Assembly (NCBI GenBank): GCA_965261195.1
Contig: CBDHDC010000002.1
Location: 35,266-99,265 of the forward strand
Direction of reading: 5' to 3'
Source of the DNA: Dehalococcoidia bacterium
GTDB taxonomy: Bacteria > Chloroflexota > Dehalococcoidia > Lucifugimonadales > UBA3495
Length of the DNA: 64,000 nucleotides
The position numbers were made by a program, and so were the translations under genes. Under the pieces are notes generated by a model, which was not told where the DNA came from, searched no databases, and saw only the letters and a list, made by a program, of their open reading frames with translations. Below are positions 26,847 through 37,032 of this stretch, piece after piece; position 1 is the stretch's first letter, and each line of letters begins with the position of its first letter.

Positions 26847-26890
26847 CATGTTATCCTGCTAACTGGCTATTATGATAGCAGGATAACATG
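26847..26890. promoter_or_regulatory. palindromic operator / centromere-like site upstream of parA
   Basis: CATGTTATCCTGCTA-N14-TAGCAGGATAACATG is a perfect 15-bp inverted repeat. Related ATCCTGCTA/TAGCAGGA motifs occur at 26903-26915 and 25901-25932. Confidence 0.65.
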
Positions 26891-27550
26891 ATTTCTGCAT
26901 AGAGGGATAGCAGGACTTCAGATGACACGAACACGCGTGCCATGTGGTCGGTATGTGACAGGTCCGATCAATCGCTTGATCCCTTGATCTTGACGGTGTC
27001 GTCGAGGAAGGCGGGCGGCGTGGGCGCTGTTGGCAATCCGTTCATCAGTACAAGAGACCATGACATGGCTTGAGGCTGTATACGCCGCCTACCGGCCCGG
27101 ACCAGGGGCTTTTTCGCCACGATTGACTTCGCCAGCCAGTATGGAGTTACGGATATTGAGCCAGACACATCGCCCTGGAATCCAACAGCGCTACGGAGTG
27201 GGAGCAGATCTGGAAGGATGGGACACAGTAGAAGGACGGTGAGAACACGGACGAGTGGTCATAACGCTCTGGAGGGCCAGAACCTGCCTTGGCAAGAGGC
27301 CGCAGGCAACAGCCAAGGTTTTAACCTGAGAAGTGTGATCCGGTCTTTGACCCTGCCTCCTCAGATATCCAACGCCGGACAGAGGAGCTTCGGCCAGCTA
27401 CGGTACGGGTTCCCAAGTTTGCTAGGCAAGCACAACACCCCAAGCCTTACGAACTCCGTGAAGAGCCTGTTCCGAAAACGTCATTGATGATATAAGATAA
27501 ATACGCTATTTTTCTTACATAAGGAAGGTATAACCAAGAGGCACGATGTC

Positions 27551-28174
27551 ATGGGCAGTATGGCCGACAAGGTCATGAAACGGGTTGCCGCACATCACCG
27601 CGGACGGTGGGTGTGCTCGCCGAAGGACTTCCTGGACTTGGGAAGCCGGGAGGCCGTTGACCAAACCCTGTTACGCCTCGTCAAGGCGGGGCGGCTGCGC
27701 CGGGTTGGTCGCGGCCTTTACGACATGCCTAGGTTCAGCAAGGTGCTGAAACGTGCAGCGCCGGTCGACCTGGAAGCGGCCATTGCGGCGCTGGCCCGGC
27801 GCGACGGTATCCGGATCATGCCGGACGGCTTGGTGGCTGCCAATCAGTTGGGTCTCACGAACGCGGTGCCCGCGAAGGTCAGCTTTGTGACCGATGGCCA
27901 TTCTAGAACGCTCAAGATCGGCGGCCGCACGGTCCGATTCCGACATGCAGGACCAAGCGTCATGCAGTGGGCGGGGAAACCGGCGGCTCCAGTGGTTCAG
28001 GCCCTGAGGTGGCTTGGCCCCGACGCCGCTACTGACGCGCGGGTCGTTTCGACTTTGAGTCGTCAGCTCCCGGAGCATGTGAAGCGCGATCTGGTGCAGA
28101 ACGAGCGCAATTTGCCCGGTTGGGTGCTGCCGCTTGCGCGCAACATCACGAATAGCCAGGCCGTTGCCACATGA
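27551..28174 (+). CDS. abiEi: AbiEi-type (DUF6088-like) antitoxin / transcriptional regulator
   Basis: FLDLGSREAVDQTLLRLVKAGRLRRVGRGLYDMP is winged-helix-like. The gene overlaps the downstream nucleotidyltransferase gene by 4 nt. Confidence 0.8.
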   Translation: MGSMADKVMKRVAAHHRGRWVCSPKDFLDLGSREAVDQTLLRLVKAGRLRRVGRGLYDMPRFSKVLKRAAPVDLEAAIAALARRDGIRIMPDGLVAANQLGLTNAVPAKVSFVTDGHSRTLKIGGRTVRFRHAGPSVMQWAGKPAAPVVQALRWLGPDAATDARVVSTLSRQLPEHVKRDLVQNERNLPGWVLPLARNITNSQAVAT

Positions 28175-29214
28175 ATGGAGATTTCGAATCCTTTCTCTCC
28201 CTTTCGACACAAGACCGGCGGGACGTCTTCGAAGCGACGGCGAGCCGCCTCGACACGTTACCCCGTTATGTGGAAAAGGACTTTTGGGTCTGTCTCGTCC
28301 TCGACGTACTCTACAACCGACTGCCTGACCGGCACCTAAAACTGCTCTTCAAGGGCGGCACGTCACTGTCCAAGGCATTCGGACTGATTGAGCGGTTTTC
28401 CGAAGACATCGACCTCGTGGTCAACCGAAATGATCTGGGCTTCGAGGGGGAACGGGATCCGACTGTCGCCAGCAATCTGTCCAACAAGAAACGCGGGGCT
28501 CTGTTCGAGGAATTGCGGGCGGCGTGTAGCGGCTACATTCGCGGCGAATTCAGAACCGCCCTGACCCAACAGATTGACGAGATCGCCGAGGGGTGCCGCA
28601 TCGGTCCAGAGGAAGGTGATGTGGATGGACAGACCCTCTTCATCCAGTACCCCACCCTGTATCCGAGCGGCGATATCGCCTATGTGGCGCCGCGCGTGAA
28701 GATTGAGGCGGGGGCTAGGTCAGCACTCCACCCGAGCTCGACCTGTTCCTTATCTCCCTACATCGCCGGTGAGTTGCCCGATTGGTCGTTCGACGTGGGT
28801 GGCATCAGTGTGATCGCGCCGGAGCGTACCTATTGGGAGAAGCTACTCATTCTGCATGGCGTGTACTGCGGGTACAGGGACGAAGAACGCCTGCCGGCCG
28901 ACAGGAACCGAATCTCGCGCCACTACTACGACGTCTCGATGATTACGGCAACCGATGTTGGCAGGTCTGCCTTATCCGATATGGACCTGCTGGACGCAGT
29001 CCGGGATCACAACCTCATTGCCTTCCGGCAGGCCTGGAAGCGGTTCGAAGAGGCCGTCCCCGGATTGGTGAGACTGGTTCCGCAGGCGTACCTGCGTACA
29101 GTGATCGAGCGGGATTACCGAGCGATGCAGGGCATGATCCTCGGTGACGTGCCCGATTTCGAATGGATCATGGAACAGCTTGAGTGGGCCGAAGCCACGA
29201 TCAACGAGAACTGA
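28171..29214 (+). CDS. abiEii: AbiEii/AbiGii-family nucleotidyltransferase toxin
   Basis: The translation contains LLFKGGTSLSKAFGLIERFSEDIDLVV and YWEKLLILHG...RHYYDV, typical of the family. Confidence 0.85.
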   Translation: MNGDFESFLSLSTQDRRDVFEATASRLDTLPRYVEKDFWVCLVLDVLYNRLPDRHLKLLFKGGTSLSKAFGLIERFSEDIDLVVNRNDLGFEGERDPTVASNLSNKKRGALFEELRAACSGYIRGEFRTALTQQIDEIAEGCRIGPEEGDVDGQTLFIQYPTLYPSGDIAYVAPRVKIEAGARSALHPSSTCSLSPYIAGELPDWSFDVGGISVIAPERTYWEKLLILHGVYCGYRDEERLPADRNRISRHYYDVSMITATDVGRSALSDMDLLDAVRDHNLIAFRQAWKRFEEAVPGLVRLVPQAYLRTVIERDYRAMQGMILGDVPDFEWIMEQLEWAEATINEN

Positions 29215-29392
29215 GCTCGACTTTGTACAATTTTGGTCCAGTCAGTGCGTATAACAGACCGCTTGTATCAAGCACTGCAGCGATGCCAAGGCATCGCTGA
29301 ACGTCGCCTGCTGCCTTGGCATACCAGGCGAGCCGGCGTACCGATAGGCCACCCCCCAGGTACAGACCGTGCCTCTTACGGACACCCAGCAG

Positions 29393-29918
29393 ATGACAGC
29401 AACCCTGATCGGCTACGCCCGTTGTTCCACGGACAAGCAAGACCTGACGGCACAGAGACAGGCACTCGCCGATCTCGGCGTCGCACCGGATCGCATCTAC
29501 ATGGACAAGGGTCTGGCCGGCACCAACCGCGCCCGGCCCGGCCTGGATCAAGCCATGGCAGCAGTGCGCAAGGGTGACACCCTGGTGGTGCCAAAGCTGG
29601 ACCGCTTGGCCAGATCGGTTCCCGATGCCCGGCACATTGCCGATCAGCTGCAGGCCAAGGGGGTGAAGCTCGCCCAGGGCAGTAATATCCATGACTCCAG
29701 CGACCCGATGGGCAAGATGTTCTTCAATATCTTGGCCACCTTTGCCGAGTTCGAGGCCGACCTCATTCGGATGCGCACGCGTGAAGGGATGGCCATCGCC
29801 CGTGCCAAGGGCAAGTTGCGGGGCAAACAGCCCAAGCTCTCCGAAAAGTAGCAACGGGAACTCTGCCGCATGCACGCCACCGGCGACTATTCTATCAGCG
29901 ACTTGGCCGAGGTCTTCG
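29393..29918 (+). pseudogene. serine recombinase (resolvase), copy 1: in-frame TAG and 3' truncation
   Basis: MTATLIGYARCSTDKQDL...KLDRLARS... has TAG at 29849-29851 where copy 2 has CAG. Homology to copy 2 (59132-59709) ends at ~29918. Confidence 0.8.
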
Positions 29919-30070
29919 GGGAGTGCCAAAAAGTGTGGGCGACTGTGGATCTGTGCGTGCGAGGGAAATTCGAGACGTGGCACCCAGGATCGAAGGTGCC
30001 TGGGATCGGATGCCGGAACTGAAACATGCGTCGCCTGAGTGCCCCCCGCTTTTTGGCACTCTCGGCAGAA

Positions 30071-30108
30071 TGGCGTCATCGCAAGGTTTGTATCCAGAAT
30101 TACTTTAA
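30071..30108 (+). repeat. 38-bp Tn3-family terminal inverted repeat, IRa
   Basis: GGCGTCATCGCAAGGTTTGTATCCAGAATTACTTTAAG has the same length and inner ...AC.TTAAG end as Tn3 (GGGGTCTGACGCTCAGTGGAACGAAAACTCACGTTAAG). Confidence 0.75.
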
Positions 30109-30212
30109 GGCCACATAAGGCTGTCTGGGGCAGGGTGACGTGTTTAACACACTGTATTAAAATATCAAGACAGGAATTGCAGAGTGAACTGACGCCGCCG
30201 GAGGACATCTTC

Positions 30213-30671
30213 ATGGGAAATACGCCGTGCACGAGTTTCAACCTGCCCGCCGAATTCGTGTCAAGGCTCGATGAACAAGTCGAAGCTCTGAACGTCAACC
30301 TTCCAATGAGCACAAACCGAACCGCTCTGATGCGAATGGCCTACTACAAGACGATCAGGGAGGATTCGGCAACACATGGCAAATTCAGGACTGCAATTGC
30401 AAAAATGCAGGCGGGCGACGTGCAGGGTGTCCCTTCCCAGATCGTATCGGTACGCCTTTTGACCGACATGCGGGACGGGCTGAATGCGCTTGCTGAAAGG
30501 TATGGCATCAGCGTGTCATGCGTCATGACGCTGATGTTGGAAATCTCGCATCAGCAAATCGGCATCAAGGAGGGCAAGACGATCATCGGCATGCCTGTGG
30601 AGGCGTGGAAATATCGACCGCTCCGCATTTCTGATAATGACGCGGCAAGGGATCACCGGGCGGGGTCATGA
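30213..30671 (+). CDS. putative tandem ribbon-helix-helix DNA-binding protein
   Basis: Internal ATG at 30213. TSFNLPAEFVSRLDEQVEAL and IVSVRLLTDMRDGLNALAERYGISVSCVMTLMLE look like two CopG/Arc-type RHH units. Confidence 0.5.
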   Translation: MGNTPCTSFNLPAEFVSRLDEQVEALNVNLPMSTNRTALMRMAYYKTIREDSATHGKFRTAIAKMQAGDVQGVPSQIVSVRLLTDMRDGLNALAERYGISVSCVMTLMLEISHQQIGIKEGKTIIGMPVEAWKYRPLRISDNDAARDHRAGS

Positions 30672-30874
30672 TGGGCCATGAATTGAACGCACGGAGCAGG
30701 TCGGATCGCGGTGGCGGCGTGGTTCGACGGCATCTGGGGACCGAAAGGAATGGCTGGAACACGGAAGGCGGAACAGTGATCCTGCCCGGCGAACCCGGTA
30801 TTGACTGTCTGTCACGGATCATGACGGAGTGTCGGACGGGTTTTCTGATCCGTTCCGTGGGGTTCCGTCCTGAT

Positions 30875-31345
30875 TCAGCCATGCCTGCTCTTCGCCTTGG
30901 CGGGAACACTCGTCTCGAATTCCCGTTCGGTTCCTCGCAGCCATCGCTCCAGGTCCAGCAGGGTTCCGGGTTCAGCCTCCTTGTGCAGTGCACATTCCCA
31001 GACGATCGCGACCCGCCAGCCAACCTCGAGCAGGCGGTGCCGATTGCGCCGGTCCCGTTCCGTGTTGGTGTTGAACTTGGCCTGCCAGAACTCCCTGCGG
31101 GTGGCCGGGGTGGTTGTGTACGGGCAGCCGGCATGCCGGTGCCAGAAGCACCCGTGAACGAAGCATGCCGTCTTGAATTGACGAAACACGAGATCAGGAG
31201 TGCCGGGGAGTTTCCGGTCATGCAGACGGTATCTCAGGCCGCGGGCATGAAGGGCCCGGCGAAGAGCGAGTTCGGGCTTTGTATTCCTGCCGCCGATTCC
31301 AGCCATCATGCGCGAACGGGTAGCCTGATTCACTATGTCCGGCAT
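30875..31345 (-). CDS. vsr: very-short-patch repair endonuclease Vsr
   Basis: The translation contains TKPELALRRALHARGLRYRLH...PGTPDLVF...ACFVHGCFWHRH...EFWQAKF..N..RD. Confidence 0.9.
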   Translation of the reverse strand: MPDIVNQATRSRMMAGIGGRNTKPELALRRALHARGLRYRLHDRKLPGTPDLVFRQFKTACFVHGCFWHRHAGCPYTTTPATRREFWQAKFNTNTERDRRNRHRLLEVGWRVAIVWECALHKEAEPGTLLDLERWLRGTEREFETSVPAKAKSRHG

Positions 31346-31560
31346 CGTCGATCCTGCGAGGTATTCAGGCGGTACAACCAGAAAAGGGTCTCACGGAAAG
31401 TCCCGTCTTGGTGCCGGCGCGCACGCGCGGACAACGGGAATCCTGTTTCCGGAGCCAGCCGTGGAGCGGTCGGGAAGCACGTTTTCCTGCGGTTTTCCGA
31501 TTCCGGGCAGTCGGCAGTACCGACGGTTTCCATGTCGTCTCGCCGTCGAGGCGGAAAGCC

Positions 31561-33237
31561 GTGAGACGGAAAATCGTGCCAATCGTGGACCTGTTTTCGG
31601 GTCCGGGCGGTCTCGGAGAGGGATTCTCCGCATATCGGAGCCCGGGTGACCGACGCAGATACCGCGCAGCCTTGTCCATCGAAAAGGATCCTTCTGCGTA
31701 TCGTACGCTGCGGCTGCGTGCCTTCCTGCGCAAGTTCAGGGCAGGCTTCCCTCCAGAATACTACGATTTTCTGAATGGCGTGATCCCGAAGGAGCCCGAC
31801 TGGGCGAAGCTTTATCCCAAGCACTGGACTGCTGCCTGCGACGAGACCCGGTGCCTGGAACTGGGGACGTCCTCTGCCAGTACCTTCCTGGAGCAGCGGA
31901 TCGCACGAATCCGGACAGAGCACGAGGGACGGACCGTGCTGCTCGGGGGCCCGCCGTGCCAGGTCTATTCCGTGGCGGGCAGATCCCGAAATTCCGGCAA
32001 GATCGGATACGATGCCGACGAGGACGATCGCCAGTTGCTCTACGAACCTTACGTGCAGGTGCTCTCTCAGCTTCAGCCGGCGATTGCCGTCATGGAGAAC
32101 GTCAAGGGGATGCTCTCCGCGCGGCGGAACGGAAGACTGATCTTTCCGGAAGTGATGCGTAAGCTCCGGCATGCGGGCAGCATCAATGCGTATCAGCTGT
32201 TTGCGCTTGCTCCCCCCTCGGGGATCTGTTCCTGGGACGAGGCATCGAAGCCGAGGGACTTCCTTGTGCATGCAGAGGAGCACAGCGTGCCGCAAGCCCG
32301 CCATCGCGTTTTCGTCATCTGTGTGCGACGCGATGTTGCTGAAGCGCTTCCGGAAGAATGTCTGCCGCGACTCGATCGACAGGATGGCACGGTTTCGGTT
32401 CGTGACATCATCAGTGCCATGCCGAAGCTTCGCAGTCGCCTCAGTCAGAATGACGATCCCGGCTCGTGGCAGGACGCCGTGCGATCGGTCTGCGAACTGA
32501 TCCTCGCGCATCGGCCGATGATGTCCCAGGATGAGGAAAGACGGTTCCGGATGGCTCTTGGCCGTGCCTTGCTCACTGCCAAGGGGGCCGCGCCGCCGTG
32601 GCGGGAAGCACGTGGCGGGCTTGCCTTGCCTTCCGGTTGTCCTGCAGACCTCCGCGACTGGATATCCGACGAGAAGATCGAGGTGCTGCCCAACAATGAG
32701 ACGAGAAGGCATATCCCCGCCGATCTCGCCCGCTACCTGTTCGCCGCGGCGTTCGTTCGCGCCTTCGGGCGATCTCCGAAGACCCCGGATTTTCCCGAGG
32801 CGCTGATGCCGGACCACGCGAACTGGAGCACGGGGATGTTCGACGACCGCTATCGGGTGCAGCTTCTCGATGGGCCGTCCACGACGGTCACGAGTCACCT
32901 CTCAAAGGACGGCCACTATTTCATTCATCCCGACCCGGCTCAGTGCCGGAGCTTTACCGTGCGGGAGGCGGCACGCCTTCAGACCTTTCCGGACAACTAC
33001 CTTTTCCACGGCAGTCGCACGCAGCAGTACATTCAGGTGGGCAATGCAGTCCCGCCTTTTCTCGCTTGGCAGATTGCCCGGGCTGTCTGGGGCATCATTG
33101 ACCATCATGATCATATCGCGGCACGTACGCGACCACGCGTTCGGCCCTCTCTGGGCAGACAGCCCGTCGTCGCATTGCACAGACCACTCGACCGCCAAAA
33201 TACCAAGGGCGACTTCTGCGCAACAGGGAAAGCCTGA
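31561..33237 (+). CDS. dcm: DNA (cytosine-5)-methyltransferase (GTG start inferred)
   Basis: Motif I is [15 protein letters not shown], motif IV is GGPPCQVYS, then MENVKGM, and motif X is QTFPDNYLF...QVGNAVPP. Confidence 0.9.
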   Translation: MRRKIVPIVDLFSGPGGLGEGFSAYRSPGDRRRYRAALSIEKDPSAYRTLRLRAFLRKFRAGFPPEYYDFLNGVIPKEPDWAKLYPKHWTAACDETRCLELGTSSASTFLEQRIARIRTEHEGRTVLLGGPPCQVYSVAGRSRNSGKIGYDADEDDRQLLYEPYVQVLSQLQPAIAVMENVKGMLSARRNGRLIFPEVMRKLRHAGSINAYQLFALAPPSGICSWDEASKPRDFLVHAEEHSVPQARHRVFVICVRRDVAEALPEECLPRLDRQDGTVSVRDIISAMPKLRSRLSQNDDPGSWQDAVRSVCELILAHRPMMSQDEERRFRMALGRALLTAKGAAPPWREARGGLALPSGCPADLRDWISDEKIEVLPNNETRRHIPADLARYLFAAAFVRAFGRSPKTPDFPEALMPDHANWSTGMFDDRYRVQLLDGPSTTVTSHLSKDGHYFIHPDPAQCRSFTVREAARLQTFPDNYLFHGSRTQQYIQVGNAVPPFLAWQIARAVWGIIDHHDHIAARTRPRVRPSLGRQPVVALHRPLDRQNTKGDFCATGKA

Positions 33238-33238
33238 C

Positions 33239-35494
33239 ATGGAGATGCGGAGAGAAGCGAATGCAAGAAACAGTTCAGATCGTCTAGACAAGAAGTATCT
33301 GAGGCCTGCATTCAGAATGGCCGTCCTCAATGGTGCTGTGGAATCGGTCCGTTTGCATCTTCGTGCTGGGGAAGATGTTAATGCGGTTGACGAAAAAGGC
33401 CGTTCCCCCTTGATGCTTGCCGCATCCAAAGGACGTGTCGATATTTGCGGTCTGCTGTTGGCCGAGGGAGCCGATCCTGCACTTAGAGACAATGGCGGGA
33501 ACGATGCCCTTATCTTGGCTCTTGGCCAAGGCCGAACTGAGATTGCAACACTTCTTTCCAATGCTTGTGCGGCAGTCGAAGGGCCATTGCAGCACAATGC
33601 CGGAAATGACGACGATCAGGCCCTCAGGCGATACCAGACTTCTTCTCACCCAGATCAAAATGACGGGATGGGGACTGCGAACGAGACGGTCCTTTGCGAT
33701 CAAGGTTTTTTCGCTGCTGGACATGGCATCCCAGAAGACAAAGCATTTGGAAAATGCCAAGTTCCGGGGTCCCGCTATTGGCGGGACACGAACGAACTGC
33801 TTGACCTCTCCGCTTGGGAGGAGGAAACCGACGGGCCTCCCCCGACGAATGACCTGTCATGCGCCAAGGAGGCGACAGACCTTCAAACTCGGATCTCCGA
33901 TCACACCCCGATCGACACGGACGAAGGTTGGGAAGAGGTCACGGTGGACCTTCCCGATCTGGATGACCTTTTACGCCGTCACATTCCGCTGAGTCCGCAG
34001 GATGAGCAATCGCTCCGGACACTGGTTCTTGAGGGATTAAGGGATAAACACATACGGAACGAAAGAATTATCTCTGCGCTTCCCGTGGAAACTGAGGATG
34101 ACGCATCCGTCGGAGAGGACCTAGGGGGTTGCCTGCGGCTGGTCCTTGGCGACCTTGGCGTCGTGGTCGATGATGACCCCTTCGCACTGGAAACCTTCAT
34201 CCATGCCGACGAGGATGAAGAAAGGTTTGGGGACCAAGTCAGCGAAGCGCTTGCGTTTCTCGGTCAGCTTTGGGCGAACCAGGTCAATCCTTTCGCTCTC
34301 TACTGCAAGGAGCTAGGGGTTGACCTTCTGACGCGGGAAGACGAAACAGCGCTAGGAATGGCCATGGAGGCGGGAAAAATTGATGTGCTGACGGGCTTGG
34401 CCAGGAGTCCGGCGACAAGATCAAGACTGCTTGCCGATGTGACAGGTGTACTGAGCGGTGACACTCCAGTGCGTAGCATATTCGCTGTGGGCAGGGGGGG
34501 CGAGAGCTCTGACAACGAGGCCAGGAGCGCCGAAGTCCAGAACGAGGATGATCAAGTAGACGGTGTGTTTACTTCCGAAGCGGGCAACCCATCGCTGCTT
34601 GAGGATATTTCGAGACCTTTGAAGATGATAATGAATTGTTGCCTGCAGGCTGAGCCGGATGTGGCCAAGCTTGCGGATCATCTTCTGGAGGCAGAGCCTG
34701 AACCAGGATATTTCATGGAACTAAGGCGGATTGCCGAACAGGATCCGCTGTGCGGAGATGCAAGGCAGAGGATCAAGTCAGGACTCGAAAAAGCTGAAAC
34801 CGCAAAAAAACGTCTTGTGGAAGCCAATCTCAGGCTTGTGATCTGGGTTGCAAGGAAGCACGGTGGCTTGCCCCTCATGGACAGGATACAGGAAGGCAAC
34901 ATAGGCCTTATAAGGGCTGCCGAGCGATTCGACTACAGGCGCGGCACAAAATTTTCCACTTTCGCTGTCTGGTGGATCCGCCAAGTGATCAATCGCGCAG
35001 TTGATGACCAAGCAAGAATTATCCGCCTCCCGGTGCATGTGCAGGAAAACTCTCGCAAGGTCGAAAGGGCTGAAGCACAGGTATATTCCGAAACTGGACG
35101 TGAGCGGGATATCCATCGAATCGCCAGTGTCACGCAATTACCTTTGGACCGGGTGGAGAGACTTCTGGATGTCCCGGACGAACCAATTCCGATGGAAGAC
35201 GCATGGGACAAGGTTGTGCGTCTCGCTGACGAAGCCATCTCAGCACCGGAAGAAATCCTGGCCATTTCTGAAATGCCAGCCTTTGTAAGAAGCTACTTGG
35301 ATTGTCTGGATGAAAGAGAGAAGGACATCATCTGCCGGAGGTTCGGCATGGGTTGCGATGAACAGACGCTTGAGGAGATCGGACAGTTCTATGACCTCAC
35401 GCGGGAACGCATCCGCCAGATTGAATCCAAGGCATTGGAAAAGCTCGCCCATCCCGGTCGCATCAATCAGTTGCGGGATCTCTGGCAATCATGA
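33239..35494 (+). CDS. ankyrin-repeat / sigma-70 (RpoD-like) fusion protein, 751 aa
   Basis: The N-terminus has ~4 ANK repeats ([51 protein letters not shown]). An acidic linker follows, then region 1.2-like [20 protein letters not shown]. Region 2 reads [61 protein letters not shown], and region 4 reads [25 protein letters not shown]. The ATG is 1 nt after the dcm stop. Confidence 0.85.
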   Translation: MEMRREANARNSSDRLDKKYLRPAFRMAVLNGAVESVRLHLRAGEDVNAVDEKGRSPLMLAASKGRVDICGLLLAEGADPALRDNGGNDALILALGQGRTEIATLLSNACAAVEGPLQHNAGNDDDQALRRYQTSSHPDQNDGMGTANETVLCDQGFFAAGHGIPEDKAFGKCQVPGSRYWRDTNELLDLSAWEEETDGPPPTNDLSCAKEATDLQTRISDHTPIDTDEGWEEVTVDLPDLDDLLRRHIPLSPQDEQSLRTLVLEGLRDKHIRNERIISALPVETEDDASVGEDLGGCLRLVLGDLGVVVDDDPFALETFIHADEDEERFGDQVSEALAFLGQLWANQVNPFALYCKELGVDLLTREDETALGMAMEAGKIDVLTGLARSPATRSRLLADVTGVLSGDTPVRSIFAVGRGGESSDNEARSAEVQNEDDQVDGVFTSEAGNPSLLEDISRPLKMIMNCCLQAEPDVAKLADHLLEAEPEPGYFMELRRIAEQDPLCGDARQRIKSGLEKAETAKKRLVEANLRLVIWVARKHGGLPLMDRIQEGNIGLIRAAERFDYRRGTKFSTFAVWWIRQVINRAVDDQARIIRLPVHVQENSRKVERAEAQVYSETGRERDIHRIASVTQLPLDRVERLLDVPDEPIPMEDAWDKVVRLADEAISAPEEILAISEMPAFVRSYLDCLDEREKDIICRRFGMGCDEQTLEEIGQFYDLTRERIRQIESKALEKLAHPGRINQLRDLWQS

Positions 35495-37032
35495 TCACGC
35501 CTTCAAACACAACGTTACCGCCGGGATCCCGTTACGCCCCGCCGCGCGCCGCGGCCATGATCGAGGCTCTTCGCGGTATCGGCTATTCCACCGCTACTGC
35601 CCTTGCTGACATTATCGACAACAGCATTTCGGCAAGTGCCCGGTCCGTGGATCTCGTTTTTGCGTGGAATGACGATGGCAGTCATGTGGCGATTCTGGAT
35701 AACGGGACCGGCATGGACGCTGCTGAGCTCGACTCCGCAATGCGCCTTGGCGCACTCAGTCCGCTCGATCCGCGAGAGGCAGGTGATCTAGGACGTTTCG
35801 GCCTAGGTCTAAAGACGGCATCGTTCTCGCAATGTCGAAGGCTTACGGTCGCCAGCATCAAGGGTGGTTGCATGAATTGTCTTCGCTGGGATCTCGATCT
35901 CATTGCATCCAACCCGGACGACGACTGGCTTCTTCTTGAAGGGACGGCAAAGGGATCAGAGAGCCTGCTGAAACCCCTGCTCAGATCCGGAAGAGGGACA
36001 TTGGTCCTCTGGGAGCGCTTGGACAGGATTGTCACTTCCGGCTTCACGGAACAGGACTTCCTTGATCTGATAGACGCTGTGGAGCGGCATCTAGCCATGG
36101 TGTTTCACCGCTTTCTCAAGGGTGCCCATTCCAATCTGCGCCTTTCCATCAATGGGAAAGCTGTGGCGCCATGGGATCCGTTCCTCAGGGATCATCCGGC
36201 GACATGGTCTTCTTCCGTGGAGAAGATTCCCAGCCCGTCCGGTGCGCTGGAGGTGCAGTGCCATGTCCTGCCGCACAAGGACCACCTCACAGCTCGCCTG
36301 GAACAGTCCGCCGCCGGACCGCATGGCTGGACGGCACAGCAGGGTTTCCATGTCTACCGGAACCGTCGCCTTCTTTTGGCCGGAAGTTGGCTCGGACTCG
36401 GGCAGGGAAGACTATGGACCAAAGAGGAGGCCCATCGCCTTGCCCGGATACGGCTTGATATCCCGAATTCCGCTGACGCCGACTGGAAGATCGACATCCG
36501 CAAATCGACAGCAAGCCCACCTGTGAGGCTGAGGGAACAACTGACGCGACTGGCAGATGACACCCGTGAGCGGGCCCGAAGGGTGTTCGCCCATCGTGGG
36601 CAGCCGGTCTCTGTACATGCCAACCGTCCAGTGATACAGGCGTGGCGAGCGGAGCATTCGGCAAGCGGCATCCGGTATCGCATCCATCATGAGCATCCGG
36701 CGGTTCGAACGGTGCTCGACGAAGCTGGCGGTCTTGCTGCCAAGATCAAGGCGATGCTTCGGGTGATTGAGGAGACGGTTCCAGTGCAGCGGATCTGGCT
36801 CGATACGACAGAAGGGCGGGAGACGCCGCGCAATGCCTTCTCGGGGGAGCCTCCGTCGGAAGTTCGTGCGGTGCTCATGGTAATGTACCGAAATCTGGTC
36901 TTGTACAAGGGTGTCTCCCCGGACTTGGCGCGGGAACAACTGCTTCACACCGAACCGTTCGACAACTACCCAGACCTCGTTGCAACTCTTCCCGACAATC
37001 CGCAAGCAGGAGGAGACAGTGTCGGCAACTGA
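35491..37032 (+). CDS. GHKL (HATPase_c_3 / MORC-like) ATPase
   Basis: The translation contains [19 protein letters not shown]...ILDNGTGMD...[13 protein letters not shown]. The start overlaps the sigma-fusion stop (ATGA). Confidence 0.85.
   Translation: MITPSNTTLPPGSRYAPPRAAAMIEALRGIGYSTATALADIIDNSISASARSVDLVFAWNDDGSHVAILDNGTGMDAAELDSAMRLGALSPLDPREAGDLGRFGLGLKTASFSQCRRLTVASIKGGCMNCLRWDLDLIASNPDDDWLLLEGTAKGSESLLKPLLRSGRGTLVLWERLDRIVTSGFTEQDFLDLIDAVERHLAMVFHRFLKGAHSNLRLSINGKAVAPWDPFLRDHPATWSSSVEKIPSPSGALEVQCHVLPHKDHLTARLEQSAAGPHGWTAQQGFHVYRNRRLLLAGSWLGLGQGRLWTKEEAHRLARIRLDIPNSADADWKIDIRKSTASPPVRLREQLTRLADDTRERARRVFAHRGQPVSVHANRPVIQAWRAEHSASGIRYRIHHEHPAVRTVLDEAGGLAAKIKAMLRVIEETVPVQRIWLDTTEGRETPRNAFSGEPPSEVRAVLMVMYRNLVLYKGVSPDLAREQLLHTEPFDNYPDLVATLPDNPQAGGDSVGN

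Noticed and set aside
29201-30313. 370-aa ORF on the minus strand
   Set aside because: It is antisense to the well-supported resolvase pseudogene and crosses the Tn3-type IR. It has no motifs and is a GC-rich shadow ORF.
31333-32898. 521-aa ORF on the minus strand
   Set aside because: It is antisense to the dcm gene, which has all the canonical C5-methyltransferase motifs.
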